A DNA stretch of 64,000 bases from Xylographa opegraphella (taxonomy: Eukaryota). Positions 50,411-63,090 of this stretch are shown piece by piece. The notes under the pieces were generated by a model. It ran no database searches, was not told the DNA's origin, and saw only the letters and a program-made list of their open reading frames with translations. The stretch is taken from the NCBI GenBank assembly GCA_022813865.1, contig JALDZX010000008.1, positions 124,001 to 188,000 on the forward strand, read 5' to 3'. The stretch's first letter is position 1, and every line of letters begins with the position of its first letter. The translations under genes and the position numbers were made by a program.

Positions 50411-53385
50411 ATGCAGTTTTGGTCTGTAATTTTGAGTGTGCTCTATGTCGTTGTCGTTGTCTCTGTAAGTAAATCGGGCGCTCGGTCCACTGAAATTTAT
50501 TGCGATGACTATCGGCTTTGCAGCGAAATATGCCATGAAGAAAATTTTGCAGCATCTGACTGCCTCATGGAGGATGCTTGTCAGTGTATAACAGTGACCT
50601 TGCAAGATGCTGCCGCCGCCGGTATAGTCGTGAATCATTGCTCGAGCCAGCTCTCACGGTCTGCTCTGACAAGTGAAAGTGCTTGTGCACGTTCCAATAC
50701 TCCCATGAACATTTCACCACGGCAAGTTACAGATGCGGGAAGTTCCAATATGTCTATGGCTATGACTAGTACTCCGGTTGATTCTTTGCTGCCTACGACG
50801 ACAACAAGTATAGAAAGTCGGCCTACATCACTCAAATCACCCACCAGCAGCTTTACTCCGAGTCCAACAATCAATTCCACTCCGAGTCCAACGATCGATT
50901 CCACACCGCATCCGACAATCAACTCTACACCGAGTCCGACAAGTGACATTACAACGGATTTGATGAGTAGTTCTACAGCAAGTCCGATGAGCAGCTCGGC
51001 GCGGAGTTCAATCAACATCTTCACACCGGATCCGGTGAGTAACTCTGTACCAAGTGCGATCAGCAGCTCTACGCCGAATTTGATAAACAGCTTTACACCA
51101 AACCCGACAAGCGTTTCTCCACCAGGTCCAACAAGCAGCCCTGCACCAAATCCGATAGGCAGCTCTGCACCAAGTTCGATGACGAGCTCTGTATCAGATC
51201 CGATGAGTATCGCTATACCGAACATAATTAGCAGCTTTACCCGGGATTCGGTCAGCAGCAGCTTGGCACAGAATCCGATTGGAAGTCCTGAAACCAGTAC
51301 AAGGACCGCCTTTGCTGCTTCTGGTCCAAGCAATTCTCCATCGGCTTTGCTAGGCTCAGACCCATCGATTATAGTATCGTCATTCACGCCGGGTTATTCA
51401 TCCTCAAGCATGCCAGTAGGAGCCACACCGATCTATATAAGTACAGCGACTCAAGGCTCTACACTTCCACAAACTACCCCTCCACCCTGCAGTGATCTCA
51501 GTTGGACAGTAACTCCTGAACACTGGCTAGATATCGACGTTGACAAGAGCCTCGCCGATTGGTGGAACAACATTGTTACTTCTGGGGAGAAAAGCTCAAA
51601 TACTTTCGTGGGACTGTTATTCAACATATCGGGAGACGGAACTGTGCAATGTGGATTAAGTTCCGATTCTACCTGCGTGTTGCCGTCTTGTCAGCGTAAT
51701 CTCCCCCCACACCAACAACTCAATTCTCATATCTAATTTTGCCATGGCTAGATTTCTTGGATACTGGCCTGCCTAAATGGGCTTACTTTGCTCAAGTAAG
51801 TGTCGTGGAGATGAGCAAGCTTTTCAATAATATGGATGTAAGTGTACCTTGATCAAGTGGTGGCTCTGAGGTGGCTCTTCGATGGATGCCCTGAGAATAA
51901 CTAGTAATCTAGCAAGGAATGACTAAAGCAGAGGCCCAAATGGACCCCTTGATCACCGACATGGCCATAATATTTCCTTGGCAGAACCCTCAAACTCAGC
52001 TCAATTCAGCACTGCCATGGATCGAATTCGCCGTGACTGCGGTGCTCTCCTTCGTCCCTTTCTTCGGAATTCTTCTCGGGGCTGGTGCGGAAGGAGGCGC
52101 GTTCCTTGGTGGAATAGTGACGACAGCCGGGGAGTTGGCGAACGGCGGGCTTCAGCAACTGCAACAGGAAGATCCAGTGTAAGTCCTTCAACGCCGTCAC
52201 TGTAGGAATGAGGCTATCAAAATGGGGACTTACGACCATGCAGTGCACAGATTCTAGGCAACATTGAAGATCTTGGAATTTCGATAGAAACAGATTTCAA
52301 ACATGCTCGCACTATCCTAGATTCCTGGTCAACGACGATATTTAGTGGGGCTCAAGATGCGTCAAACAGAACAATTATGTGAGCTATTTAATACTGATGG
52401 CCACGATCTCATTCCATCCTTCTCGATCGCTAACAACGTTCGCCTTTGAAGCGACTATATGGCCTCCGGACGCTTCACCATAAACTACAACTCTGACCCA
52501 CCTGATTCGACCGCAATAGCGGAATTCTATTTCCAGATTCTGGTTTCCCAGTATGCAAACCAGGAGTGGCTGTAAGTACATCTTAGAACCTTTCCCATCA
52601 TTCCGCGAACACAGACTAAGCCTAAGGACAGGAACAACTCCAATACCTATGTCATGTGCACAAATGCTACAGACGTTGCCTGCGAGGAGAACTCGTTGTA
52701 CACAAACTCAAATCGCAGTTGCTGTCTCTATAGGTAAGGCACTTCACCCCGAGAACCCTAAGTAAGCCTACCAGAAACCATCTGACCCCAAGACCGTCAG
52801 CCTCGATAACGACGCGAATTATATCGATCCCCCACCAGGCCTTCCCGAACTCGCCAATTCCACTTACGGCATCCCCCCACCAGTATGCCATCCGTGCCAT
52901 CACTACCGGCAACCCTCTCACCCAACCGTCCCCTACTGACCATGACCACCTAGAACATCACCGCCTCCTCCCTCGCCTCCTACCTCGCGGCCAAGTACAA
53001 CTACACGGCCTCGACCTTCTACTCGACCCTAGACACCCAAGTCCTCCTCGACCCCTCACAGCAAGCCTTCGCCCAGGGCGCCAGCTTTCAGGGCGTCTAC
53101 ACCCTGCCCGTCTGCGACGTCCCGGCCTCGCATTCCAGCTGGGTGGCCAACTACTCCGCCGACCTTCTCTCCTGCTGCTGCGGCGTCGATTGCAGCGAGA
53201 CGAGGGCCTTCTTCGAGGCGACACGGATGGCGGGCTCCCACTCCGTCAACAGTAAGTGCCAGTCGCAGTTCCCGGGCTTTACGCCGATTAGCGCGGCTCC
53301 GCGGGGTGCTTGGGTTGGGGGGTTGGGCGTCGGATTGCTGGAAGGGGTGGCGCTGCTTTGGGTGGCTGTGTTTTGGTTCTTGTGA
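50411..53385 (+). CDS. Secreted, putatively GPI-anchored protein: Cys-rich N-domain, S/T/P repeat stalk, uncharacterised Cys-containing domain; ~8 exons
   Basis: Signal peptide MQFWSVILSVLYVVVVVS. Exons join in frame through GT-AG introns to GVYTLPVCD and SCCCGVDC, ending in SAA plus a hydrophobic tail (GLLEGVALLWVAVFWFL*). Confidence 0.8.
50852..51283 (+). repeat. Degenerate coding repeat, ~17 x 24 bp (octapeptide, e.g. STPSPTIN)
   Basis: FTPSPTIN STPSPTID STPHPTIN STPSPTSD ... FTPDPVSN ... FTPNPTSV ... keep an 8-residue register. Confidence 0.75.
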
Positions 53386-54100
53386 GCGAAATTTTTGACA
53401 GGTTGGGAGCGGCGTTCATGGGCGGTTGGGACGGGGTAGGCGTAGGGGTTTCTTTGAACGGGGGAATTCGGAATGTTTACGGTGGATAGAGGATCTAGGC
53501 TGTGGGGTTTCTCCATTTCATACACCGTCGCTCTTCTGCAATTCCTCCTTTCCAAGCGACTGGGATGACGCAGCGTGGACGGATCACTCACGATAAGATG
53601 CCCTCGCTGTCGATACCGCGAAATCGCGGACATCCTCGGCGGGATGAATCCTCTTAGAGAGTTGAGACTAAGTACCGTGTCATACCTCTCGAGCATTGTC
53701 GATCCTGTCTCCCTTGCATGTTTGACAAGGGGGCAGGTGTGTCGAATGAGAGATCCGCTGTTACGGAGAAGCAAGACCGATCTCCTAGCACGGCGCACTC
53801 TTTCTGCTTTTCCCGCTCCTGCGACACTCCCGGTGCGTATATAGGCCAGCCATCCGGTGGTATCCGCGGACGGCTGCGAGGGCAAGGCGGGAGCATGCAG
53901 CACGGGTTCATGGAAGACGCACGATTCAGCGCCACACACAGCGCCAGGCCTCGACATAGCGCAACGAAATCCGTAGTTGCGTAACGAGCGAGATCTAAAG
54001 ACGAATCCCACGCCGCTATACTCAATGCGTAATACAGACAGCGTCAAGATAAAAGTACACAACGAGCCAGCTGTCCACATTCACTCGACCGCCGTCCGCC

Positions 54101-57100
54101 CTAAAACTCCCTCGCGGTCTCGAACCGCTCCACCACAGGCCTCCCCACCTCTCCTTCCTCAGCGCTATGCAGGCCCTTCGCCCGGTCTGCATCATCGCCA
54201 TGTCCCCCGTCGTCTTCCATGCCCACGATCCCCGACTGCCCCGAAAGCGTGACCGTACTGGCGTTTCTCCCTTCCTCATCCAGGCGGGAGCCCAGACTGA
54301 ACGGGAAAGCCACGCCTCCTTTCGTCGGCCTTATCTTGCCGGATGCGCTCCGTGCAATGCCTACTTCCTCTCCCTTGTGTTGGGCGCCACTCCCGCTGTT
54401 TAGCACTCTCTGGTCTTCGTCACCGGGACTCTGCAGCGATGGCACATATGTTGGGGATAGCGGATTCGGGTCGCTGGGCGGGCGGAAGGCTTCGTTTGGC
54501 TCGTTCCGCCTGTATGAGAGTTGCCTGTCTGAGGGGTCGGAGCCGAAACCCGCGTTGTGATCAGTGGTGGTCTGTCCTAAATCAGAGACATTCCGTTGGC
54601 GGGAGCGGGATCGCGATTTCGGAAGTTTAGCGGAGCTCATCACTGGTCTGGCTTTGTCTCCGTCGGTTGCAGGTGTGACCTTGTCGGTTTCGGCGTTGCG
54701 GTCGGCTTGTTCTTCGCGGTAGATCTAGATTAAGGATAAAATTAGAGTTTGTTAACTCAATTGAGCAGTATATTGAAAGAGTAAAGGTGAACGAACCGTT
54801 TTTTCATCGTGCTTGCTGCCCCACAGGCTCCACAAGCTCATACCCATAGATCTGTGCCTCTTCATTTCCTTTGGCATGCTAAGGCCTCTTCTGCCAGCAA
54901 GAGCCGAGGGTGGTGGAGTATCGTCGTCGGCAAAGTCCTGATACCCTTTTGCCATCTCCTTAACTCGCTTTTTCTGTACTCTTCGTTTCTCGTGCGCATA
55001 TTTCTTGTCCCACGCTTGCTTCGCATTAAGCCACTTCAACAAAGGTCCAGGCTTGATGACACCTATCTCGTTGGCAGACATTTGCAGTGCTGGAAGACTG
55101 GATGGGGAATCTAGGGGGTAGATACGACCATGGCGGTCGACCCTCTGGCGAATCATGTGATTGTGAAATGGTGGGAGACTATCGCCAGCTTTTCCGATTT
55201 GCTTACTGGAAACAGTACCGCCTTTCGCCATGCCATTTTCGGTCATCTGGAACTGCTTTCGGGGCTTATTCAGATCTGAAGAAGTATCGCTGGTGCCTTC
55301 TGACTCTACAGATATGACTGAGACGTCATCATCATCCATAATGTCAATCTCGGTCTTCTGGGCTCTAGCGAGTGCCCAAGCACTGAATTGCGCTACGGAG
55401 CGATACATGTACTTTGCAGGGCGTGTGAAGCTAAGAGTGGGTGCGACGTGACACAGATCATCCCAGACTTGAAGCTGGACGTCTGTTGGTTTCCATCGAT
55501 CAACAAGAGCTCGAGCTTGTGGATATTCGTCAAGGTAAGCCTCTCCTGGGGGATATTTGGATGGGTTTGCAGCCTTGTGAGCAAGATAAATTTGCTCATC
55601 GCGTAGCATCTCTCCGCCTCCCGTAAGTACTAGACATCCCAAACGAATAAGCCAGCTGGGAGATAAAGCAAATATGATTGGAATCTTACTTACTGAGTAG
55701 AGGTGGCAAGCCACCCAGAGAGGGCTGTAGGACAGGTGACACGAGTGGATGCGAGATGAGCTGATTTGTGGTATAAAGTTGAATCTGGTCCTTGATGTCT
55801 ATAAATTTCCCGTCTATCATGATTGATAGATTATGACCTGCTCCAGGAATGGTATTGCCAGGTCTCGAACTCGCACCATCGGTTCCTGCTGGGTTGTCCG
55901 GATTGCCTACTGGGTTGAGGTTCTGCGGATTATGGTCGATTGAAAAGCCTCTTACTGCATCTTCTGCCGCCGCCTTGCGTTCCTGCTGTGTGGATTTTCT
56001 AGGCAAAGCTTTCTCTGCTACAATCTCAACAGCGTGCATTGCAATCTGCTCAATATCTTCGGCATTTGGTGGGGGCCAGGCTTCCGAGGGCCTCTGGAGG
56101 AAGCCGTGCGATGGAATGTAGTCGAACGTGTTATCACCGGCAACGCTTGGAAACGAATGAGTGAGATCCACCCAAGGTGATATCAGGACCGCACCAGCTG
56201 GTAATGGAATCCCTTGGTCGCGGAGTATGACAAGCAAACTATCTCAAATCATAAGCACATGACTTCAGATAATTGGATCCGAAATGCACCTAACTATCAT
56301 TCCACCCCCTGCAGAGTCACCTGCAAGAATGATTGTGGATGGATCTTGGACTGCGAGAAGATAAAGGTATGCCGCTATGCAGTCATGCAGACCGCATGGA
56401 AATGGAAATTGAGGTGCCAATCGATAGCGAGCTATGGGTCGTAAGCTTCTTGAGCAATTTGAATGAAGCCGTCATCAGAACTCACTGCGCATATTAGCAA
56501 TGTTACAATTGTCTCCAATCTTACTTACCGAGCAAATACTCTTGCCTTTAACTTGCGCGCGTGCCTCTGCATTTGATAACGGTGTTCGTCCACGCTGCCG
56601 AAGAAGTAGGCTCCCCCGTGCACGTACAACATGACCCTCTTGCCATTGTCTCCGCTCTCCTTTCTCCGCTGATGATCCCCTCTCATCTCGATCCATTCCG
56701 CCTTCAGGTTTGTTCCATCCCTTCTCCACTGCCACCAAGCCTTGCCTCCAACCTTATCAATACCCCTATGTCCTAGCTGGGCAATGAGCGCATCAGCTGC
56801 GCTGACGATCGATTGGTTTGGTATTATAACTTCGTCGACTTTGACCCACGCGGGTGTAGGGACCCATTGAGAAGTGAAGGCTTGGATCTCTTCAACGGTA
56901 TGGTAGGAGGCATAATGAAGGAAAGAGCGAATGAGGTTAAGGCCTTCGTCATAGGAAATGTGTGCTGTGGGTCTTTGGCGGCGTGGCTTGCGATCAAGGT
57001 ACTGGAACTGTCAGCTGATAGGTAATGACTTGTAGAGGCTCATGAGCTTACATGTGAAGTACAAGTCTTGATAAGGGTAGGGGCAATAGCGGCAGTGACG

Positions 57101-57120
57101 GTGAACGTGTTCAAAACCAT
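54101..57120 (-). CDS. Alpha/beta-hydrolase, hormone-sensitive-lipase-like lipase/esterase, multi-exon
   Basis: TAHISYDEGL, LYVHGGAYFFGSVDEHRYQ, YRLAPQFPFPC, GDSAGG nucleophile motif, ISPWVDLTHSFPS, GGEMLRDE, DDLCHV. Confidence 0.92.
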
Positions 57121-58592
57121 GGTTCGTGAAAGACAAAAGAAAATCAAGGTCGCAACTGTAGCTGTGTTTTGCGTAACTGAGTATCTGACAGTACAGATCA
57201 AGATCCTAAGGTATGCAACAGTTTGACAGAACTAGTATTAATTATTATAATTAAGCACACATATATTAACATTTTGCTAAAGAGTCGAAACGCATCACCG
57301 TGTACCAGTTTTGCTACTGCACATCTTTACCGGTACACCGTAGAGCACTCATTTCCGAAGAATATCGTCGGCGTCATTCTCAAGGATCATAGCCGGGTAG
57401 CTTCAAAGCATCGACAGTGATATTTACGGAAGACTATCCCTTAGTGCCCGCGTCCAAGGAGCTGCTTGGTAGAGTTGTCGTTCCCCAGGCGTGAGCTTCC
57501 TAAAATGCTAGGTCATTATTGCCGAAGGTGGAATTTAGGACTCCATATAGTCATCAATACAAGACAGTTTCGCGGTGCCTATGAGATCCGTAACTATGAA
57601 AGCATAGCTATTTGATCAAAAGGGAATCCATTTGAGGCCGTATAAGCCGTCTGGCTTTCAAAGAAACTGGGCTAAGTAAGGACGCAATGTACACAGGTAG
57701 AAGTGAAGGATGGCGAAGCTGGCCTCGTTGAGGGCGAAGCGCGAATTAGTAAGAACACCAAAGTCAGGAAAGACTCCTGACTAGAATCTACCCGATCGAA
57801 CTCATGCTTCTCTTCCTCCAGAGGTCGGAAAATCCCTCCACTCTAGCCTGTCTATCATCGGGACCTCCCCCGGGAAGTCGACTTCAGCTACTGCTAGGTG
57901 AGATGCCCGGGGGTTCGATTGTCGAGATTTTGAGCGTATGCTTGTGAATTTCGTAAGGGGTAAGCAGAACCCGCAGGAGGGTGAGGACAGATAGGATCTG
58001 TCACCGGAACAGGAACATTGGGAACACGTACCCAGAATGAGTGTAGCGAACGACAAATGAGTGGTAGGGAAGGGCATGAGTTCACCGAGCAAACAACCAG
58101 CACAGGTTATTGATTGGAGCCATTAAAAATTGCTTGTCCCGCTTCAATTTGGGAATGCTTGATGACCTGTATGATACATGCTGGATATCTTATTTTTCGG
58201 AATCAACTATGCAAGATATGTTATGGCAAACTACGCCAACAGGGACGATTCAGCGACGTAAGAAAAAAATGGGTAGAACCAGATGTTGTCAGAAAATGGG
58301 TTTCAAGTACCACAGCAGTAGTTTGATGAGTTGTGGAATTTTCAGAGAGGTGTTCCTAGTTCCACAAAAAAACGTTTGCGGCGCTGTGACAATATCAGAG
58401 CGGTTGATGTTTGATCGGCGCACACGCTCGTCGAGTGAAAAACTACCGAAATATATATGTTCGTGTGAGCTTCGGTCTTCTATTCCAGAATAAGGAACTG
58501 AACGGTCAACTTCTTGCAGGCTACACAAGCAAAGTCTTTTGTTGACACGGTGTATTTGACACATACTCCTCAACTCGCTCTGCAATATCATC

Positions 58593-59924
58593 ATGATGAC
58601 ATCAAATTTCACAGATCTGCTCGTCTCCTGCAGCAGTAACAAGAGCAAAGACCAAGTGACAGGGAATTCATCGACGGCACGTATATCTTTCATTCGCAAT
58701 GGCTTTATGACGCATGTCGTACCGATGGCCCGTCTAGAAACATTGACACGGCATTCTGTCAATCGATCTCGCCCTCATATGCCGCAAAGATCCAGATTTC
58801 TGGTCATGGAGTCGATCAAATGATGAATGTTACCTGGAACACTGGGAAGACCTCGACGTTCCCCACGATTTGGTTGCGTGTGATCGCTCCCGTAGTAGCA
58901 AGTTCCCAGAATCCTCCGCCATCCAATCAGCCTTCTATGCTTGATGGTTGGTTAGTAGACACTCTGAGAATTCCCGAATTTCTTACCGAGACATTTTCCC
59001 TGAAGAGCCGTCACTCGAATATCGAGATGAGATTCGGCTGCGAGTCCTGGATCCAGTCATTGGCACAAAGGAACCAGGAATAATCAAGGTCGTCGATCTC
59101 CCAACCCCCAATCTCGAAGAAGAGAGAGGCACCAAGAGCAATCTTGTAACTTCGATACTGAAGCAGCTCTTTGGAAGTACTTGGGTACACCCCGCCGCGA
59201 TGCTGACCCGACATTCAATGTGTCCTCCCATAGCGATGATTTAAACAGAGCTGAGCTGCCCAATTATGATACCAACCAAAGTCTTTTACCTCACACTGAC
59301 CATACAATGTATGATCAACCCGTCCAGATCATGGGATTCTATGGACTCGAGGGCAAGAGCGAAAACACATGGGTTTCTGCTCCGGCAGTACTGAAAACCC
59401 TCAAGGACGAAGACCCTCAACTCTTCACAGAGCTCGTACGCAAAGCCCCTATGACTGTCGGTCGTGTCACACGCATTTACGGTGAACCTTTGTACCAAGG
59501 AACAGTAGGATCAGCCATAATCACAGAATCTGGCATTCCCGACAGGTTCAAGCGAGTGCGCTAGCATCCTAACAACATAGGGTTCTTGACAGCACCATTC
59601 GACGACTTTAAGCAAGCCCGGCTGGCGCATCAGAAGTTCCAGCAGATTATGCGGCGTGACACTCACCAGCTAAAGCTGGTGCTCAAACCAGGCGATATGT
59701 ACATCTGGGACAACTTCAGACTTCTTCATGGGCGGGAACGGGTCTTGGAGGTTCCGCGAACCGGCATTGGACAAACGGTGCCTGAGCAGGTTGTGGCCGA
59801 CCTGTATCGAGATATTCAGATACGACATCTGAAACGATATATTGACGAGAAGTGGCTTGTTCACTTGCCGGCACAACAGCTGCGCGAGATGACTAAAATG
59901 ATAGAGACTGGCAGAACATTGTAG
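58593..59924 (+). pseudogene. Gamma-butyrobetaine/TauD-family Fe(II)/2-oxoglutarate dioxygenase pseudogene
   Basis: FHSQWLYDAC, VTW..G..S.FP..WLR, PHTDH (HxD), DNFRLLHGR (distal His). Three 1-nt frameshifts (~58663, ~58979, ~59191) and an in-frame TAG at 59562-59564. Confidence 0.85.
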
Positions 59925-60057
59925 AGTATTTCCTTCCATAGCGTCATATTAACAGCGTGCAATGCTATGTAACATAATGTTATAGCTACCCAGCCTTTCA
60001 GCATAATCTTCAATTCATCAACAGTGATAAAACTTTTGGTGACTACAAACACTTGAA

Positions 60058-60119
60058 TAAATCATAAGTCAAGTATGATACGCGAAGGATAAATCATAAA
60101 CCAAGTATGATACGCGAAG
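60058..60119. repeat. Tandem duplication of a ~32-bp unit with internal inverted repeat ATCATA-N7-TATGAT
   Basis: TAAATCATAAGTCAAGTATGATACGCGAAG and TAAATCATAAACCAAGTATGATACGCGAAG. Confidence 0.85.
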
Positions 60120-61263
60120 TAAACTTGAGAACTTTCGATGGGTATTATGAACGGGCTCTGACGGTAAGAATATGTATAGCTCTATTTGTACCTCGCCTGT
60201 GATTGTGAGACGCTTCGATTCTCAAAATATTAACCTCTGCTTCCGGTAGTCTTGCAGAGAAGTACACCAAAAGTCTTCGCACGCGTTGATGATAGTGAGA
60301 TACAGCTTTGCGAGCTGCTCAAGGATTACCGCCTAGGAGTCACAGTGGCAATATCCTGAAGATTTGGTGGTCTGTTCCACAAAACAACTTCTAACTCCTT
60401 TGTTTAGCCCATAGTTGAGTCCCCTGTAATTACATTAGTGAATTCTAAGGGTTTTGGACGTACGGAGTATGGCTCCATGGACGATTTGAAAATGAACAAC
60501 CAAAAAAGAAGTGGTTGATGTGATGTTGTTACGCGAGTCACGGTCTTGGCTCTCGATCCCCTGAGCCGCCGTAGGGCTCAGCGGCACTAGCCAGCAGTCA
60601 GCCCTGCCGACCACTTCATTGTTTGCGCATGCTTCCAACCTACCTAGACTTCTTCATAGATGAATTTGGACATGACCAACCTGCGAAGTATATTTTGATT
60701 ACAGCGAACGAATCATGACAGATGTACTTCTACTCCGATGGTTCTAGAAGTGTTGGCCCTGAGAGGGAAATTCTCCTCCTCAGCGGTGGAACATTTTCCC
60801 TTTCGCGGTGCCTTCGAGATCGATCGAGAGACTGATTGCAGCTTCAGAGAATAATTGGGATCCACGCCGTCCAAAGAGTGATATCCTAGTAAAAGCAGTA
60901 TTGGTAACGCCAGTCTCATGACGCATATGTACCCACCAAAGAAGTTTAATGAACTCCTGTGAATGTAAGTTTGCTGAAATTTTGACTTGAACTTTGCTCC
61001 ACTCTTGCAAAGCCTTCAAAAAGCTCACTTCCCCACCTTTTACTCCCAACTTATCTTCTCTTTCTCAATACCACTTTGGCTATTATTCTGCATCCTATTT
61101 GAAAGTCTTGTTGAAGATATTATATATCATGATGCGCTTAGCCAATTATCCTTTTCATCAAGTCTGAAGATTGTTGTTATCCTATCTCTATCCGACTACA
61201 GTTACTCGTAGTCTACCTTGTTCTCTGAAACTACTCTGTGGTGGAGTTCGGGGTGGTGTTGTT

Positions 61264-61431
61264 CTGGGGGGTGCTTCGCACCCTCCCCAATATATTTATC
61301 TTCCTTCTGGATTCTTAGATATTGAAGCAATCAGCCACTCGTTCAAGCAATTTCAGTTCAATTCGGTTCCTGGCTGCGAAACAGCTATTATAGCCGTGAT
61401 TTCAGTTGTATAGGGTCGCTGCGCTCCCCCA
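61264..61431. mobile_element. Possible small transposon remnant bounded by imperfect GC-rich inverted repeats
   Basis: GGGGGGTGC-TTC-GCACCC hairpin at the left end and AGGGTCGCTGCGCTCCCCCCA at the right end are loosely reverse-complementary, in AT-rich context. Confidence 0.25.
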
Positions 61432-61518
61432 CCTTCTTTATTTATTGGTTATTCATCGTCCTTACGATAGGATATTACTGCGGAGCACACTTAGTTCCAT
61501 TACACACTCCACCACATC

Positions 61519-63090
61519 ATGGTTGTATCATCCAGCACGATCAAATCAGCACAGTATGGAGGGTTCGGTCAGTTAAAGGAGCCTATGGGTGGTCTGAAAG
61601 ATTGTGCATATCCATCTTTATGCCCTCTTGCAGTTACCAAAGACACTATCATGGTCGCAGTGTGCGGTTCAAATGATTTCATGAATAATGCAAGTCCCGA
61701 GAGCGACTGATGGTTCTTTACGATTTCTTTCTTTTCCATCACTTATTGAAAGGAACGGCGTCTGAATAAATCTGGATGACCTGCGTGGAGCCACAAGCAC
61801 TTGTTAAAGAATACACAGAGTATGTACATGGTAACTCAAGATCAATACGGAAGGATGTACTGGACTCGGAAATAATAGCAGAGAATCAAGACATCGATAT
61901 ACGATCTTTCAGAATGACCATTGCGGATGTGTCCAAGGAAGTCAATCGAACGCAACGGCCCGTTCTGGTTCTCATATTTGGTCACGGCGATGTGGGAACT
62001 TTTGCTATTACTAGCGAAGGGATTGGTGAGAATTCTGACTGTTCAATGTTAACAATCGAGAGAGTCAAAGAAGCTAGCTTACGACACAATACCGACCCAA
62101 ATATTACATTTTTAACTACCTCTTGTTTCGGAGGTGGTTGGGTGCAATCCCTTTACCTAAATACAACCGGGGTTAACGACGATCAAGAACTTCTCTCGTG
62201 GCCGATATCCGAGTCACTGTCTCGCTGCTGTGGGCCTAGATTTGCGAGTGGTATTGCATGGGCGCTGATAAAGCAAGAGATCCAAGGCATTCGGCGGGCC
62301 ACTGATGAAGGCGAAGAGTTGAGACAATCCCCTACATTAACTTCACTAGTAGCCACAACCCACCAGACTTTGAAGGAAAAGGTTGACCCACGAGAACCTT
62401 ACAACAGCTCATATTCTGCCAAAGACGATCTGTGGGGTACTGACTATCGGGTGCGAACTGGACTGCCGCTAGCCAGCTTTGAGCAGCGGTATAATACCTT
62501 AAAATATGTTACCGAAAGGCAGCATGGATCTGGGTCAAAATATCCCACTGTTAGATTTACAGAGTTAGTGAATATATTCATATATGCAACAGAATACCGA
62601 CTCAAGCGCATGGCCCTGGAGTATTTGAACAGCAAGCCAGGACCCGAAGAAGCAGCGACGAACCACTCTGTGCACCACAACTACAGACATCATAAACAGC
62701 AAAAGCCTACCGCTCAAGAGCTTGGATACCTGTTGGCAGAATTGATATATCGCCTCAAGACTGTCATTGTACGTGCAACGGAATACAAAGATCGCCTTGG
62801 CCTGATTTACCCAGATTGCCTCGAGTGCGACGTATGGGAATATGCGTCGAGAAATGCAACAGATCCAGAAACGGATGCCAGATGTGACGAAATTTTTGAC
62901 ATGATAAACCTCCGAGAGCTCTTCGATGAGCCGTCCGACCACGAAAGTCACGCCTTTGCTTAGAGCTGCAGTTACCTCGCTATGGTTTGGACCGAGTCCA
63001 GGTGGAGCACCACCCAGATTGAAGTGGCTATGGACGGCTTGGCCGATTTCAACGAAGAGCAGAATCGCCACCTTCGCTGCGAGATGCTTT
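61519..63090 (+). pseudogene. Pseudogene of an uncharacterised fungal protein with a caspase/legumain-fold-like motif layout
   Basis: Reconstructed VAVCGSND...PESD(G)WFF.DFFLFHHLLKG..E(Q)IWMTCVEP, LVLIFGHG, FLTTSCFGGGW. Lesions: TGA 61708, frameshift ~61720, TAA 61767, TAG 62961. Confidence 0.7.

Noticed and set aside
53151..54080. 309-aa minus-strand ORF
   Set aside because: No recognisable motifs; partly antisense to the secreted-protein gene in GC-rich sequence.
59562..59564. A-to-I editing rescue of TAG to TGG, or Sup35-prion readthrough
   Set aside because: The same gene has three frameshifts that neither process would fix; a G-to-A mutation is simpler.
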